64,000 nucleotides of DNA from an uncultured Clostridia bacterium (GTDB lineage: Bacteria; Bacillota; Clostridia; Oscillospirales; CAG-272), in assembly GCA_944391805.1 (NCBI GenBank), contig CALXUY010000014.1, positions 32,222 to 96,221 of the forward strand. Reading direction: 5' to 3'. The stretch's first letter is position 1, and the number at the start of each line of letters is the position of its first letter. The position numbers were made by a program, and so were the translations under genes. The notes beneath the pieces are model-generated. The model searched no databases, was not told the DNA's origin, and saw only the letters and a program-made list of their open reading frames with translations. This document shows positions 1 through 8,764 of the stretch, one piece after another.

Positions 1-1
1 C

Positions 2-397
2 GTCAGCATAAGAAAAATAGTGAACTACACCCCAGCACACGCCATACAGCACCGCGCTGACCAGTCCCAGCAGCAGATTTGCCACCGGTCCGGCCAAGGC
101 CGAGAGCGCCATCCCACGCTTGGGATTGCGGAAATTGCGGGTGTTGATGGGAACCGGCTTGGCCCACCCGAAGCCGAAGATCAGCAGGCAGAGAAAGCCG
201 ACCGGATCGAGATGCTTCAGCGGATTGAGCGAAAGCCGACCGAGATTGTAGGCCGTGTTGTCGCCGCACTTCCACGCCACAAAGCCGTGCGCGGTCTCGT
301 GGACCGAGAGCGCCAGCATCATGATGGGCAGGGTAAGCAGCAGAACGGCCAGAATCGACAGAGGATCTCCGCCGGAAAACAGCAGGGATAGGATCAT
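2..397 (-). CDS. Site-2 protease family (peptidase M50) membrane zinc metalloprotease, N-terminal part; gene continues past the window start
   Basis: Own translation of the minus strand from ATG 397-395 gives MILSLLFSGGDPLSILAVLLLTLPIMMLALSVHETAHGFVAWKCGDNTAYNLGRLSLNPLKHLDPVGF... An HExxH motif (HETAH) sits inside a hydrophobic helix. The frame is open to position 2, so it is missing from the complete-ORF track. Confidence 0.75.
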   Translation of the reverse strand, partial: MILSLLFSGGDPLSILAVLLLTLPIMMLALSVHETAHGFVAWKCGDNTAYNLGRLSLNPLKHLDPVGFLCLLIFGFGWAKPVPINTRNFRNPKRGMALSALAGPVANLLLGLVSAVLYGVCWGVVHYFSYAD

Positions 398-482
398 GGT
401 AAAAACTCCTGTTTTACGCCGCGTGGGCGAGAAATCAACCGGCGGCGAGGATGACGTGGGGGTCGGATGAGAACGGAGCGCG

Positions 483-863
483 TCAAAGCCCCTCGTCCTC
501 CGAGCCGTGTGCGTCGGCGCGCATCATCAAAAGGCAGTCCTCTACCGCGAGCCGCTGCGTGGGGGAGGTGAGCCGCTGAAGCTGTGTGACGGGAAGCTCC
601 GTGAACCGGTGGACCTGCCCGCTGATCGCTTCGATCAGGCTGCCGCCGTAGTAGTATTCCACGGTGGTTTCGGTTCGCTGCTCGCATACAAAGTCCTCCA
701 CGGAAATCACATAGCCGTCGAGATCCATGCAATGCCGCATCAAAAAGATTTCATGCGGCTCGCCGGCGGCGCATTCGCCGCCCGGAAGCACACAGCCCGA
801 TTCGGTTTGCAGCACGTTCAGGCAGCCGTTTGTCACGGCAATCAGATAAACAGCCTGTTTCAT
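483..863 (-). CDS. Small NUDIX-fold-like protein with a degenerate Nudix box
   Basis: 126-aa ORF with ATG at 863 preceded by GGAGGAGG. The segment GECAAGEPHEIFLMRHCMDLDG fits GX5EX7R, but the REUXEE acidic residues are replaced (RHCMDL). Confidence 0.5.
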   Translation of the reverse strand: MKQAVYLIAVTNGCLNVLQTESGCVLPGGECAAGEPHEIFLMRHCMDLDGYVISVEDFVCEQRTETTVEYYYGGSLIEAISGQVHRFTELPVTQLQRLTSPTQRLAVEDCLLMMRADAHGSEDEGL

Positions 864-875
864 GGTCCTCCTCCT

Positions 876-1484
876 TTAAGGTCGAATGCCTGTCGCTTCG
901 GCAATCTGCCGCCAAAGCTCGGTTCTTCCTTCCCCCTTGAGTGCGGAATAAAAGATCACCGGACATCCGTTCGGAATGAGCGGGTGGGCGGACAGACGGG
1001 CCTCGGCCTCCCGGCGTTCGGTGGCGTTGAGCTTGTCGCACTTGGTTGCCACGACCAGATAGGGGAGCCCGGACTCCGAAAGGAAATGCAGCATGGTTTC
1101 ATCGTCCGCTGTGGGGCCGACGCGGCTGTCGATGAGCTGCACGACCGGACGGATCCGGTCGACATTGCGGTTTTTGGTAAAATATCCGTCGGTCAGTGCC
1201 GACCATGCCGCCTGCTCCTCGGCCCGGCGCTTGGCAAAGCCGTACCCCGGCAGGTCGACAAAAAACAGCTTTCCATCCACCTCGTAGAAATTGACCGTGA
1301 TGGTTTTTCCAGGAGACGAGCTGACCCGGGCCAGCGATTTGCGGCCGAGCAGTGAGTTGATCAGCGAGCTTTTCCCCACATTGGAGCGGCCGGAAAAGGC
1401 CACCTGCGGAATGGGGTCGGCGGGGAACTGGTCCGGCCGGCCCGCACTGATCCGCAGTTGAAGATGGTTCAGATTGAGTGCCAT
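876..1484 (-). CDS. engB: Ribosome biogenesis GTP-binding protein EngB/YsxC
   Basis: P-loop GRSNVGKSSLINSLLG, DLPGYG and ATKCDK GTPase motifs. I chose the internal ATG at 1484 (MALNLNHL...) over the track start at 1556. lon-engB adjacency is typical of Firmicutes. Confidence 0.9.
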   Translation of the reverse strand: MALNLNHLQLRISAGRPDQFPADPIPQVAFSGRSNVGKSSLINSLLGRKSLARVSSSPGKTITVNFYEVDGKLFFVDLPGYGFAKRRAEEQAAWSALTDGYFTKNRNVDRIRPVVQLIDSRVGPTADDETMLHFLSESGLPYLVVATKCDKLNATERREAEARLSAHPLIPNGCPVIFYSALKGEGRTELWRQIAEATGIRP

Positions 1485-1611
1485 GGCGTCCCTTTCTATG
1501 GATGATTTGGCCGTTCGGAAAAGGCGCGTGCCTGTGTGTATGCCGCTCTCCCGCAAGCCGCGCCTTCCGCGGCCGGAGGAATCCGGAGCGCTGCGCGGTG
1601 CGAGGGGCGGA

Positions 1612-4059
1612 CTATATCCGCAGCTGTGTTGCGGGGTTCGGTGTGGAAACCGGCGCCGGCGTCGGCATCAGCTCGGGTACCGGAACAAAGACCGACGCCG
1701 CAACCGTTTGTGTCATGTCTGCCGGCGGCAGAGCCGGGAGCAGCGCCTGTTCGAGGACCTCCTCGGCGCGGCGGCAGGGCACAAAGGTCAGCCCCTCCCG
1801 TGCCATCGGATCAATTTCCTCGAGATCGCGCTGGTTGGCCTCGGGAATCAGAACGGTTTTCACTCCGGCCGTATAAGCGGCCATGGTTTTTTCCTTCAGT
1901 CCGCCGATCGGTAGGACGTTCCCGCGCAGGCTGAGCTCGCCGGTCATGGCCACGTCCCGGCGCACCGGACGGTTGGTCAGCGCGCTCACCAGCGCCGTGA
2001 CCATCGTGACGCCGGCAGAAGGGCCGTCCTTGGGCGTGGCCCCCTCCGGGAAGTGAATGTGAATGTCCTTGTTTTTGTAAAAATCGCCCGGAATGCCGTA
2101 CCGGGAGGCAATTGAACGCACAAAGCTGACCGCAATCTGCGCCGATTCCTTCATCACGTCGCCCAGCGAGCCGGTGGTTTCAATCTTTCCGGTGCCGTCC
2201 AGCACCGCTGCCTCCACCCGCAAAAGGGCACCTCCCAGCTCGGTGTAGGCCAGGCCGTTCACACAGCCCACCTCGTCCTCGCCTGCAATCGTTTCGGGGA
2301 GCTGCTTGCGCACGCCGAGATAGGCGGCAACGTCGGGCTGATCGATGACCAGATGCTTTTTTTCCTCTGTCAGCAGCTTTTTGCCGGCCTTGCGGCAGAG
2401 TGAGGCAATCGCGCGCTCGAGCTGCCGCACACCCGCCTCATGGGTGTAATAATCGATGACCTCCATAACGGCCTCATCGGTGATTTTCAGCATCCGCCGG
2501 TTCAGCCCATGCCGGAGGAGCTGCTTCGGAATCAGATGATCCCGCGCGATGTTCCGCTTCTCGCGCCGGGTATAAATTCCCATTTCAATGATCTCCATGC
2601 GGTCGATCAGCGGGCGGGGAATGCCCTCAAGGGAGTTGGCGGTGGCGAGGAACATGCAGTCCGAAAGATCAACCGGCAGCTCCACAAAATGGTCGCGGAA
2701 GGCCTTGTTCTGCTCCCCGTCCAGCACCTCGAGCAGCGCCGAGGTCGGGTCTCCGTGGCCGTCTCTGCTCATTTTGTCAATCTCATCCAGCAGAATCAGC
2801 GGGTTGCGCACACCGGCCTGCGAGAGCGCGGTGATGATGCGCCCCGGCATCGCGCCGATATAGGTTTTGCGGTGACCGCGGATGTCGGCCTCATCCCGCA
2901 CGCCGCCCAGAGAAATACGCACGTATTTGCGGTTCATCGCCTTGGCGATCGATGCGGCCACCGAGGTTTTGCCCACGCCGGGAGGCCCGACCAGGCAGAG
3001 GATCTGATTGCGCAGGGAGGGGCTGAGCTGCTTGGCCGCAATGTATTCGACAATGCGCTCCTTGACCTTCTCCATGCCGTCATGATCGGCGTCCAGCACC
3101 TTTTGCACGGCCGCGAAATTGAGCCGGTCCCGCGTCGCCTTTTTCCACGGAATGCTCAGGCAGATGTCCAGATAGTTGGCGATGACCGTTGCCTCTGCCG
3201 AGCCGAAGGGGGCTCTTTGGAGCCTTTCGGTTTCCTTGAGCAGCTTGGCTTCCATTTCCTGCGGCAGCCCCAGGCGGCGGATGCGGTCGGCAAATTCCTC
3301 CGCCTCCGAGCCTTCGCCCAGCTCCTCCTGAATCACCTTGATCTGCTCCCGCAGGTAGTATTCCTGCTGGTTGCGGTTCATGCGCGCGTTTACCTTCCCG
3401 CGGATCTGCGCCTCCTCCTGCAAAACCGCCGATTCCTGCTCCATCAGATACAGCAGCGTTTCGACTCTGCGGAAGGGCTCAAAGCATTCCAGCACGGCCT
3501 GCTTATCCTGCACCCGCACCAGAATGTTGGCCGCAATGAAGTCTGCCAGCATCCCCGGGTTGTCGATCAGTCCGGCGGAGCTGATCAGGTCTGAGGAGCC
3601 TGTGGGGATAAAGCGGAGATTTTTTTCCAGCGTTGCAAGCATCTCACGGATGCATGCGGCCCCGCGCACGCCGCCGTTGTCGGGAATCGATACGGTTTTG
3701 CAGATGAGGTCGGCCTCAAGGTGATCTCCGACGGTGCGGTAGTCGGTCACCATTGCGCGGGAAAAACCTTCGGCGATGACCCTCACGCTGCCGTCCGGCG
3801 AGCGGAGCATCTGTTTGATTTTGGCAACCGTGCCCACCCGGTAGAGCTGGGAGGCCTGCGGTATCGCGCTGGCGGGAATGGCTTCGGCCGCGGATACCAG
3901 GAACAGGAATGCGTTTGCAGACCCGGCAGCTTTCAGGGCGGCCGCCGAGGCGTCGTCGGCGGCTTCAAAATTGATCGGAACCAAGGGGAACGCGACCGCT
4001 CCGTGCAGCACCGCAACAGGGAGGGTCAACTGCTCGGCTTTTTCAATGTAAGAGGGCAT
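1612..4059 (-). CDS. lon: ATP-dependent Lon protease (LonA)
   Basis: 815-aa ORF with a Lon N-domain, AAA+ Walker [10 protein letters not shown] and the protease serine motif [11 protein letters not shown] at 4059. Confidence 0.97.
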   Translation of the reverse strand: MPSYIEKAEQLTLPVAVLHGAVAFPLVPINFEAADDASAAALKAAGSANAFLFLVSAAEAIPASAIPQASQLYRVGTVAKIKQMLRSPDGSVRVIAEGFSRAMVTDYRTVGDHLEADLICKTVSIPDNGGVRGAACIREMLATLEKNLRFIPTGSSDLISSAGLIDNPGMLADFIAANILVRVQDKQAVLECFEPFRRVETLLYLMEQESAVLQEEAQIRGKVNARMNRNQQEYYLREQIKVIQEELGEGSEAEEFADRIRRLGLPQEMEAKLLKETERLQRAPFGSAEATVIANYLDICLSIPWKKATRDRLNFAAVQKVLDADHDGMEKVKERIVEYIAAKQLSPSLRNQILCLVGPPGVGKTSVAASIAKAMNRKYVRISLGGVRDEADIRGHRKTYIGAMPGRIITALSQAGVRNPLILLDEIDKMSRDGHGDPTSALLEVLDGEQNKAFRDHFVELPVDLSDCMFLATANSLEGIPRPLIDRMEIIEMGIYTRREKRNIARDHLIPKQLLRHGLNRRMLKITDEAVMEVIDYYTHEAGVRQLERAIASLCRKAGKKLLTEEKKHLVIDQPDVAAYLGVRKQLPETIAGEDEVGCVNGLAYTELGGALLRVEAAVLDGTGKIETTGSLGDVMKESAQIAVSFVRSIASRYGIPGDFYKNKDIHIHFPEGATPKDGPSAGVTMVTALVSALTNRPVRRDVAMTGELSLRGNVLPIGGLKEKTMAAYTAGVKTVLIPEANQRDLEEIDPMAREGLTFVPCRRAEEVLEQALLPALPPADMTQTVAASVFVPVPELMPTPAPVSTPNPATQLRI

Positions 4060-4110
4060 TTTGTGTCCTTTCGTAGGAGGTGACTTTCATGAAGCTATAA
4101 TTATTACAAT

Positions 4111-4139
4111 ATTATAGCACATTTTCCTTCGGATTTCCA
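4111..4139 (-). promoter_or_regulatory. Likely lon promoter (TGGAAA - 17 bp - TGcTATAAT, extended -10)
   Basis: The minus strand reads tggaaa tccgaaggaaaatgtgc tataat about 45 nt upstream of the lon ATG. It overlaps the palindrome GCTATAAT-N9-ATTATAGC (4094-4118). Confidence 0.5.
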
Positions 4140-4344
4140 TAGGTTTCTCAAAAAAAGTTGTCCGAAACGGCTGAAATCTTCTCAAAACCCGGAATCCGGC
4201 GTCTGTACTGAGCGATTTTTTCGATTTCAGGTACCGCGGCGCCCAAAATCCGTCCCGTTCAGGGAGCCTACGGAGGGCCGGCAGCCTGCGCCCGTGATAC
4301 CGGCGGCAGGGGAGCGCTCTGCCCGGCGCCGTCCGGTGGGAGAC

Positions 4345-4462
4345 AAAAATAAAATTGCACACCGACTTGCCGTTTCTGCGCAGAGATGTCATGAGCTTGG
4401 CATTTCGCAGAACGAACCTTGCAGTGTGCAACAGAGGGAACCTGCCAGCGATTGCCGACAGC
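4345..4462 (-). ncRNA. Candidate small RNA or lon-leader attenuator (promoter to intrinsic terminator unit)
   Basis: The minus strand has TTTACA (4497-4492), 17 bp, TATAAT (4474-4469). This is followed by a long imperfect hairpin closed by TTGCACAC/GTGTGCAA, then TTTTATTTTT (4354-4345). No coding-like ORF spans it. Confidence 0.3.
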
Positions 4463-4711
4463 ATAAATATTATACCGCACCAGGCACGATTTGTAAATAT
4501 TCAATTGTGACGAAAATCCACGAATATTTTTGTGGAAAAGCATACGAGTTAGAAAATTTTCGGCTCTGAACCCGGTTTTTTGTGAGCTTTTCCAATGGAC
4601 ACTCTTGTCGTACCGAATGCTGCTGCGGCCGTTTCCCCGATCGGTGGGGGACCGGGATCCGCCGGCAGAAAAAAATAATGGCAGGTATGGCAAAAAAATT
4701 GAGGAAAGCCC

Positions 4712-4740
4712 TTGACACACGGGAGAAAATATGGTATAAT
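4712..4740 (+). promoter_or_regulatory. Consensus sigma-A-type promoter of the infC-rpmI-rplT operon
   Basis: TTGACA (4712-4717), 17-bp spacer, TGgTATAAT (TG 4732-4733, TATAAT 4735-4740). Confidence 0.75.
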
Positions 4741-4892
4741 ACGATGAAAACAAAGCAGAGCCTCCGCTCTCACCCCGGCGCAAGTGCGCGACCGCGGTTG
4801 ATAATGTTTTGCCCGCTTGGCAGCGGGCCGGAACCGTGCGGAGACTGTGTCTTTGTACGGCAATTTTTATTTTATTCTGGAGGTGTTGAACG
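4741..4892 (+). promoter_or_regulatory. Structured 5' leader of infC, possible L20-leader-type attenuator
   Basis: A leader of about 145 nt lies between the consensus promoter and infC. It contains the hairpin GCCCGCT-TGGC-AGCGGGC (4811-4828) and a terminator-like hairpin with a T-run directly before the infC SD. Firmicutes regulate this operon through an L20-binding leader. Identity with that RNA family is not verifiable by eye. Confidence 0.35.
4834..4873 (+). terminator. Intrinsic terminator/attenuator inside the infC leader
   Basis: 12-bp stem CCGTGCGGAGAC / GTCTTTGTACGG (three G-U pairs, loop TGT) followed by CAATTTTTATTTT. Confidence 0.6.
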
Positions 4893-5417
4893 ATTAGCGC
4901 AAAAGACAAAGAGACCCTGCTGAACGAGGAAATTACCGCCAAGGAGATCCGGCTGATCGGCTCCAATGGAGAAACCCTCGGCATTATGAGCGCAGCAAAA
5001 GCTCTGGAACAGGCATACGAACGGGGAATGGATCTGGTGATGATGTCGGCCCAGGCAAATCCGCCGGTCTGCAAGATTATGGATTATGGCAAATACCGCT
5101 TTGAACGCGACAAGCGCGAAAAGGAAGCCAGAAAAAAGCAGCAGACCGTTGAGCTCAAGGAAATTCAGTTGTCCTGTCGGATCGACACGCACGACTTTGA
5201 AACCAAGGTCAGGCACGCACAGCGCTTTCTGGGCGAAGGGAATAAGGTTCGCGTGGTAATGAAGTTCAAGGGACGGGAAATGAGCCATACAAACATCGGC
5301 CGTGAGGTGCTGGACAGATTTGTCGAAGCCTGCGCGGGCGCCGGTGTTGTGGAGAAGCGCCCGGTGCTGGACGGTAGATTTATGAGTATGGTCATTTCAC
5401 CTGTCAAAGCGAAATAA
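4893..5417 (+). CDS. infC: Translation initiation factor IF-3, initiating at a non-canonical ATT codon
   Basis: The track ORF (4986) lacks the conserved N-terminus. The in-frame upstream sequence reads ISAKDKETLLNEEITAKEIRLIGSNGETLGIMSAAKAL..., matching the IF-3 N-domain. The frame opens after TGA at 4887-4889. ATT at 4893 lies 7 nt after GGAGGTG. Confidence 0.93.
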   Translation: MSAKDKETLLNEEITAKEIRLIGSNGETLGIMSAAKALEQAYERGMDLVMMSAQANPPVCKIMDYGKYRFERDKREKEARKKQQTVELKEIQLSCRIDTHDFETKVRHAQRFLGEGNKVRVVMKFKGREMSHTNIGREVLDRFVEACAGAGVVEKRPVLDGRFMSMVISPVKAK

Positions 5418-5491
5418 TTCAAGACCCGGAAAAAATTGCACGGTTCCGGCGGCACACCGCCGCAGGAAATCAGAGAAAGGGAGTTTTCAAA

Positions 5492-5683
5492 ATGGGAAAA
5501 ATCAAGACACATAAGGCTTCGGCCAAGCGATTCTCCGTTACCGCAAACGGCAAGGTGAAGATGTTTCACAGCTCTCACCGCCACAACACCGGCTGGAAGA
5601 GCGCGAAGCGGATCCGGCATCTGCGCTCCAGCACAATGGTGCAGGGCAAGATGGCAGAAAACATCAAGGCAATGGTGAAGTAA
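5492..5683 (+). CDS. rpmI: 50S ribosomal protein L35
   Basis: 63 aa, MGKIKTHKASAKRFSVTANGKVK...; infC-rpmI-rplT order. Confidence 0.97.
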   Translation: MGKIKTHKASAKRFSVTANGKVKMFHSSHRHNTGWKSAKRIRHLRSSTMVQGKMAENIKAMVK

Positions 5684-5706
5684 GTCGAAACGGAGGAATT
5701 TGAGAA

Positions 5707-6060
5707 ATGGCGAGAATTAAAGGCGCGGTGACAACCCGCAGGAGAAGAAAGGCTACACTGAAGGCGGCAAAGGGCTACTGGGGCGCAAAATCCAAGCATT
5801 TCAAGATGGCCAAAGAAGCCGTCATGAAAAGCGGTAACTATGCCTTTGCCGGCAGAAAGATGAGAAAAAGAGATTTCCGGTCGCTCTGGATCACCCGGAT
5901 TTCGGCGCAGGCCAAGGTGAACGGAATGAACTATTCCACGATGATGCACGGTCTGAAGAAGGCGGGCGTCAACCTGAACCGCAAGATGCTGGCGGAAATT
6001 GCCGTGTCCGATAAGGAGGCGTTCGCAGCGCTGGCGGCACAGGCAAAGGCCGCTCTTTGA
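5707..6060 (+). CDS. rplT: 50S ribosomal protein L20
   Basis: 117 aa, [29 protein letters not shown]... Confidence 0.97.
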   Translation: MARIKGAVTTRRRRKATLKAAKGYWGAKSKHFKMAKEAVMKSGNYAFAGRKMRKRDFRSLWITRISAQAKVNGMNYSTMMHGLKKAGVNLNRKMLAEIAVSDKEAFAALAAQAKAAL

Positions 6061-6076
6061 TCTGAAAAATCGAAAA

Positions 6077-6099
6077 CCCGATGGTTTCATCGGGTTTTT
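6077..6099 (+). terminator. Rho-independent terminator after rplT
   Basis: CCCGATG-GTTT-CATCGGG followed by TTTTT. Confidence 0.85.
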
Positions 6100-6168
6100 G
6101 TCATACATGGAGTCCCTCCGCAGGGCCGCAAAACCGGGGGCGGAGGGGGGATAACGGAGACGGAAAGC

Positions 6169-7008
6169 ATGGAACAAAGCACGGAAATCATCCGTTCCCG
6201 TCAGAACCGGATCGTGTCGGAGGCTGCGAAGCTGACCGACCGCAAAGCGCGCGAGCGCAGCCGCTGCTTCCGGTTTGACGGCTACAAGCTGCTGGAGGAG
6301 GCCGTGAGGAGCGGGCTGGCGCTGGAGGCGGTTCTGCTGCGGGAATCCAGCCGGGAGGCGCTGCTGGACCGCCTGTCTGCACGCTGCGGAAGCAGCGCTT
6401 TGCGGGGCGCGGAGCGGGTATTGACGGTTTCGGACGGGATTTTTGACAGAATTTCTGAAGAAAAATCGCCCGAAGGCGTGATATGTATCGCAAAATATAT
6501 TGACAAATTCCAAAAAATCGTTACAATATATAATGACGCCGATTTTCCGGCGGCGGGGGAGCGCATTGTGCTGCTCGAATCGGTCCGGGACCCTTTGAAT
6601 GTGGGGGCTGTGATCCGCAGTGCCGCCGCCTTGGGCGTCGATCGACTGATTCTGAGCGCGGACTGCGCCGACATTTATCACCCGCGTGCGGTGCGCGCAT
6701 CCATGGGCACGCTGTTCAGCCAGCGGATTGACCGGACCGAGTCGCTGACCGGGGCCATCGCCTGCCTGCGCAGGAGCGGCAGACGGGTATATGCCGCGGC
6801 GCTGGACCCGGATGCGGTCCGGCTTGGCTCCTTCCGCGCCGCGCCGGGTGACTGCGTGGTCATCGGAAACGAGGGGCACGGTCTCTCCCCGGAGGTGCTG
6901 CAGGCCTGCGACCGCAGGGTGTTCATCCCTATCGGCGCGCGCGCCGAGTCGCTGAATGCCGCGGTTGCCGCCGGCATCCTGATGTGGGAGTTTTCCCGCA
7001 CGGATTGA
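6169..7008 (+). CDS. TrmH/SpoU family RNA 2'-O-methyltransferase
   Basis: 279 aa. C-terminal SpoU knot motifs: LLESVRDPLNVGAVIRSAAALG, IGNEGHGLS, ESLNAAVAAGILM. Confidence 0.9.
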   Translation: MEQSTEIIRSRQNRIVSEAAKLTDRKARERSRCFRFDGYKLLEEAVRSGLALEAVLLRESSREALLDRLSARCGSSALRGAERVLTVSDGIFDRISEEKSPEGVICIAKYIDKFQKIVTIYNDADFPAAGERIVLLESVRDPLNVGAVIRSAAALGVDRLILSADCADIYHPRAVRASMGTLFSQRIDRTESLTGAIACLRRSGRRVYAAALDPDAVRLGSFRAAPGDCVVIGNEGHGLSPEVLQACDRRVFIPIGARAESLNAAVAAGILMWEFSRTD

Positions 7009-7065
7009 CGGCTGCGCAGCGCGATTATCTGACCTCATGTCCTGACCCGGAAAGGAGAACCCAGC

Positions 7066-8589
7066 ATGAAGTACGACGATTTGTTGTTTTGGATCTGGCT
7101 TGCCGAGGCGCTTGGCCCCGACAGCCCGGATTTCCGGTATCTGATTGACCTGTATCAAACGCCGTACGACGTGTTTTGCGCGGAGTCGGCCGAGCTGGAG
7201 CGGATTGAGGGGCTGTCGCCCCGTGCGGCGCAGGCGCTGTCCGACAAAAATCTGCAAAATGCGGAAGAGATTCTCGGAGCCTGTCAAAGGCTGGGGATCG
7301 GTGTGATGACCTATCCGTCGCCGCTGTATCCCAAGCTGCTCCGGGAGATCAAACGGCCGCCTGTGCTGCTCTATTATGCGGGAGCGGTTCCGGATTGGGA
7401 GCACCGGCTCTGTATCGGTATGGTTGGCACCCGAAAAATGAGTGCATACGGAATGGAAGCCGCGTATAAAATATCCTATGAGCTGGCCCGCGCCAATGCG
7501 GTTGTGGTCAGCGGTATGGCGGCCGGCATCGACGGAGTGTGCGCCGCGGCGGCACTTCTGGCAAACGGGAGCACGGTGGCGGTGCTGGGATGCGGATTGG
7601 ATCGTGCATACCCCCGTCACCACGGGCTGCTGATGAAGGAAATCGGCGCGCACGGTCTGCTGCTTTCCGAGTATCCGCCCGGAACCCGGCCGCTGTACTA
7701 TCATTTTCCGGTGCGCAACCGCATCATCAGCGGGATCTCTCACGGGGTTGTGGTGGTGGAGGCCGGAGTCGGCAGCGGATCGCTGATTACCGCGGGCGAG
7801 GCGATTGCGCAGGGGCGGGATGTGTTTGCCGTCCCTTCGGGCAGCGGCGCGAACGATGCGGGCGGAGCCAACGGCCTGCTGCGCGACGGCGCGATTTTTA
7901 CCACCAATGCGGACGACATCTGCCGTCGATATGCGTATCTGTTTGCCGAAACCCTCCGCAGAGAGCCGAATGAGGCGCCGCCCGAAGTGGACCGTGCATA
8001 CCTCAAACGCATCGGTGTGCTGGAGCTGTTCGGGGATGTGCCGGGAAATTGCCGGAATGTCGCTCCGGATGCTCCCGATGCCGGGAGCGCGGAGGCATGC
8101 CGGGATGCATCCGCCGCGCGCGCCAAGGGGACAACCTCTGCGGCGCGCAGACGGGCAAAGACGGTTGCCCGTGGAGCCGACAGCGGCGCATCGGACGCGC
8201 CCGAGGCTGTAGCCTGCCGTCCCACACCGGTTCTGCCGCACGCACTCGCGTCAACAAACCGGGAGACTGTGACCGATGCAGCGATGTCGGGGCGATCCGG
8301 CGGCGGGGCCGCGGAGCATTCGGCGTCTTGCAGGGCCGTCTCTCCGACGGGGAGCGCAAACGCTGCGCAACCGTCCGGGAGCACTGCTGCCGGACGGCCC
8401 TTGCCAGCGCTGAGTCCGGTGCAGTCGGCGGTGCTGCAGGCGATGGCGGACGGCTGCCCGGTCACGGTGGACCGTCTGACAGGGCTGGGCTTTTCGGCAG
8501 GCGAGCTGCAGACCGCCCTGCTGATGCTGGAGCTGGACGGGCTGGTCGTCAAGCTCCCCGGAGCAAATTATCAGATTGCATCACGGTGA
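7066..8589 (+). CDS. dprA: DNA-processing protein DprA (Smf) with a long low-complexity linker
   Basis: GMVGTRKMSAYG, SGMAAGIDG and FPVRNRIISG Rossmann-like DprA core. C-terminal winged-helix-like LSPVQSAVLQAMADG...LELDGLVVKLPG. 507 aa because of an Ala/Ser/Arg-rich insert of about 150 aa. Confidence 0.9.
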   Translation: MKYDDLLFWIWLAEALGPDSPDFRYLIDLYQTPYDVFCAESAELERIEGLSPRAAQALSDKNLQNAEEILGACQRLGIGVMTYPSPLYPKLLREIKRPPVLLYYAGAVPDWEHRLCIGMVGTRKMSAYGMEAAYKISYELARANAVVVSGMAAGIDGVCAAAALLANGSTVAVLGCGLDRAYPRHHGLLMKEIGAHGLLLSEYPPGTRPLYYHFPVRNRIISGISHGVVVVEAGVGSGSLITAGEAIAQGRDVFAVPSGSGANDAGGANGLLRDGAIFTTNADDICRRYAYLFAETLRREPNEAPPEVDRAYLKRIGVLELFGDVPGNCRNVAPDAPDAGSAEACRDASAARAKGTTSAARRRAKTVARGADSGASDAPEAVACRPTPVLPHALASTNRETVTDAAMSGRSGGGAAEHSASCRAVSPTGSANAAQPSGSTAAGRPLPALSPVQSAVLQAMADGCPVTVDRLTGLGFSAGELQTALLMLELDGLVVKLPGANYQIASR

Positions 8590-8764
8590 ACGATGGCTCC
8601 GCCGGCGGTGCGCTGCGGCTTTTCCGAGCCGCAGCCGCCGGGCGGGGGAATATTCGGGAGCCGTTCTCATATGATATAGAAGGAACCGGTTTTGCACCGC
8701 GGATTGCCTTCGTAATTTTAGCAGATATTGCCGCCGCGGCGGCAGAATGGAGATTGATATTGAT

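Noticed and set aside
4230-4256. A T-box-like string GGTACCGCGG...CGTCCC on the plus strand upstream of infC, possibly a vestigial thrS T-box.
   Set aside because: The GGGTGG part that pairs with the tRNA acceptor end is missing. I could not find a Stem I/specifier structure, and no aminoacyl-tRNA synthetase gene follows. GGTACC and CCGCGG are short palindromes that can arise by chance in GC-rich DNA.
5575-8241. Very long antisense ORFs in the track: 5575-8241(-) 888 aa, 8549-11158(-) 869 aa, 11071-13713(-) 880 aa, 29522-32323(-) 933 aa, 60754-62868(-) 704 aa, 26274-27899(-), 51238-52845(-) and similar.
   Set aside because: Each lies opposite a confidently identified gene (trmH/dprA, topA, trmFO/plsX, rqcH/araC, the ABC exporter, leuS, dapA). 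Their translations are Arg/Gly/Pro/His/Ala-rich with no recognisable motifs. This is the expected stop-codon-poor antisense artefact in a GC-rich genome.
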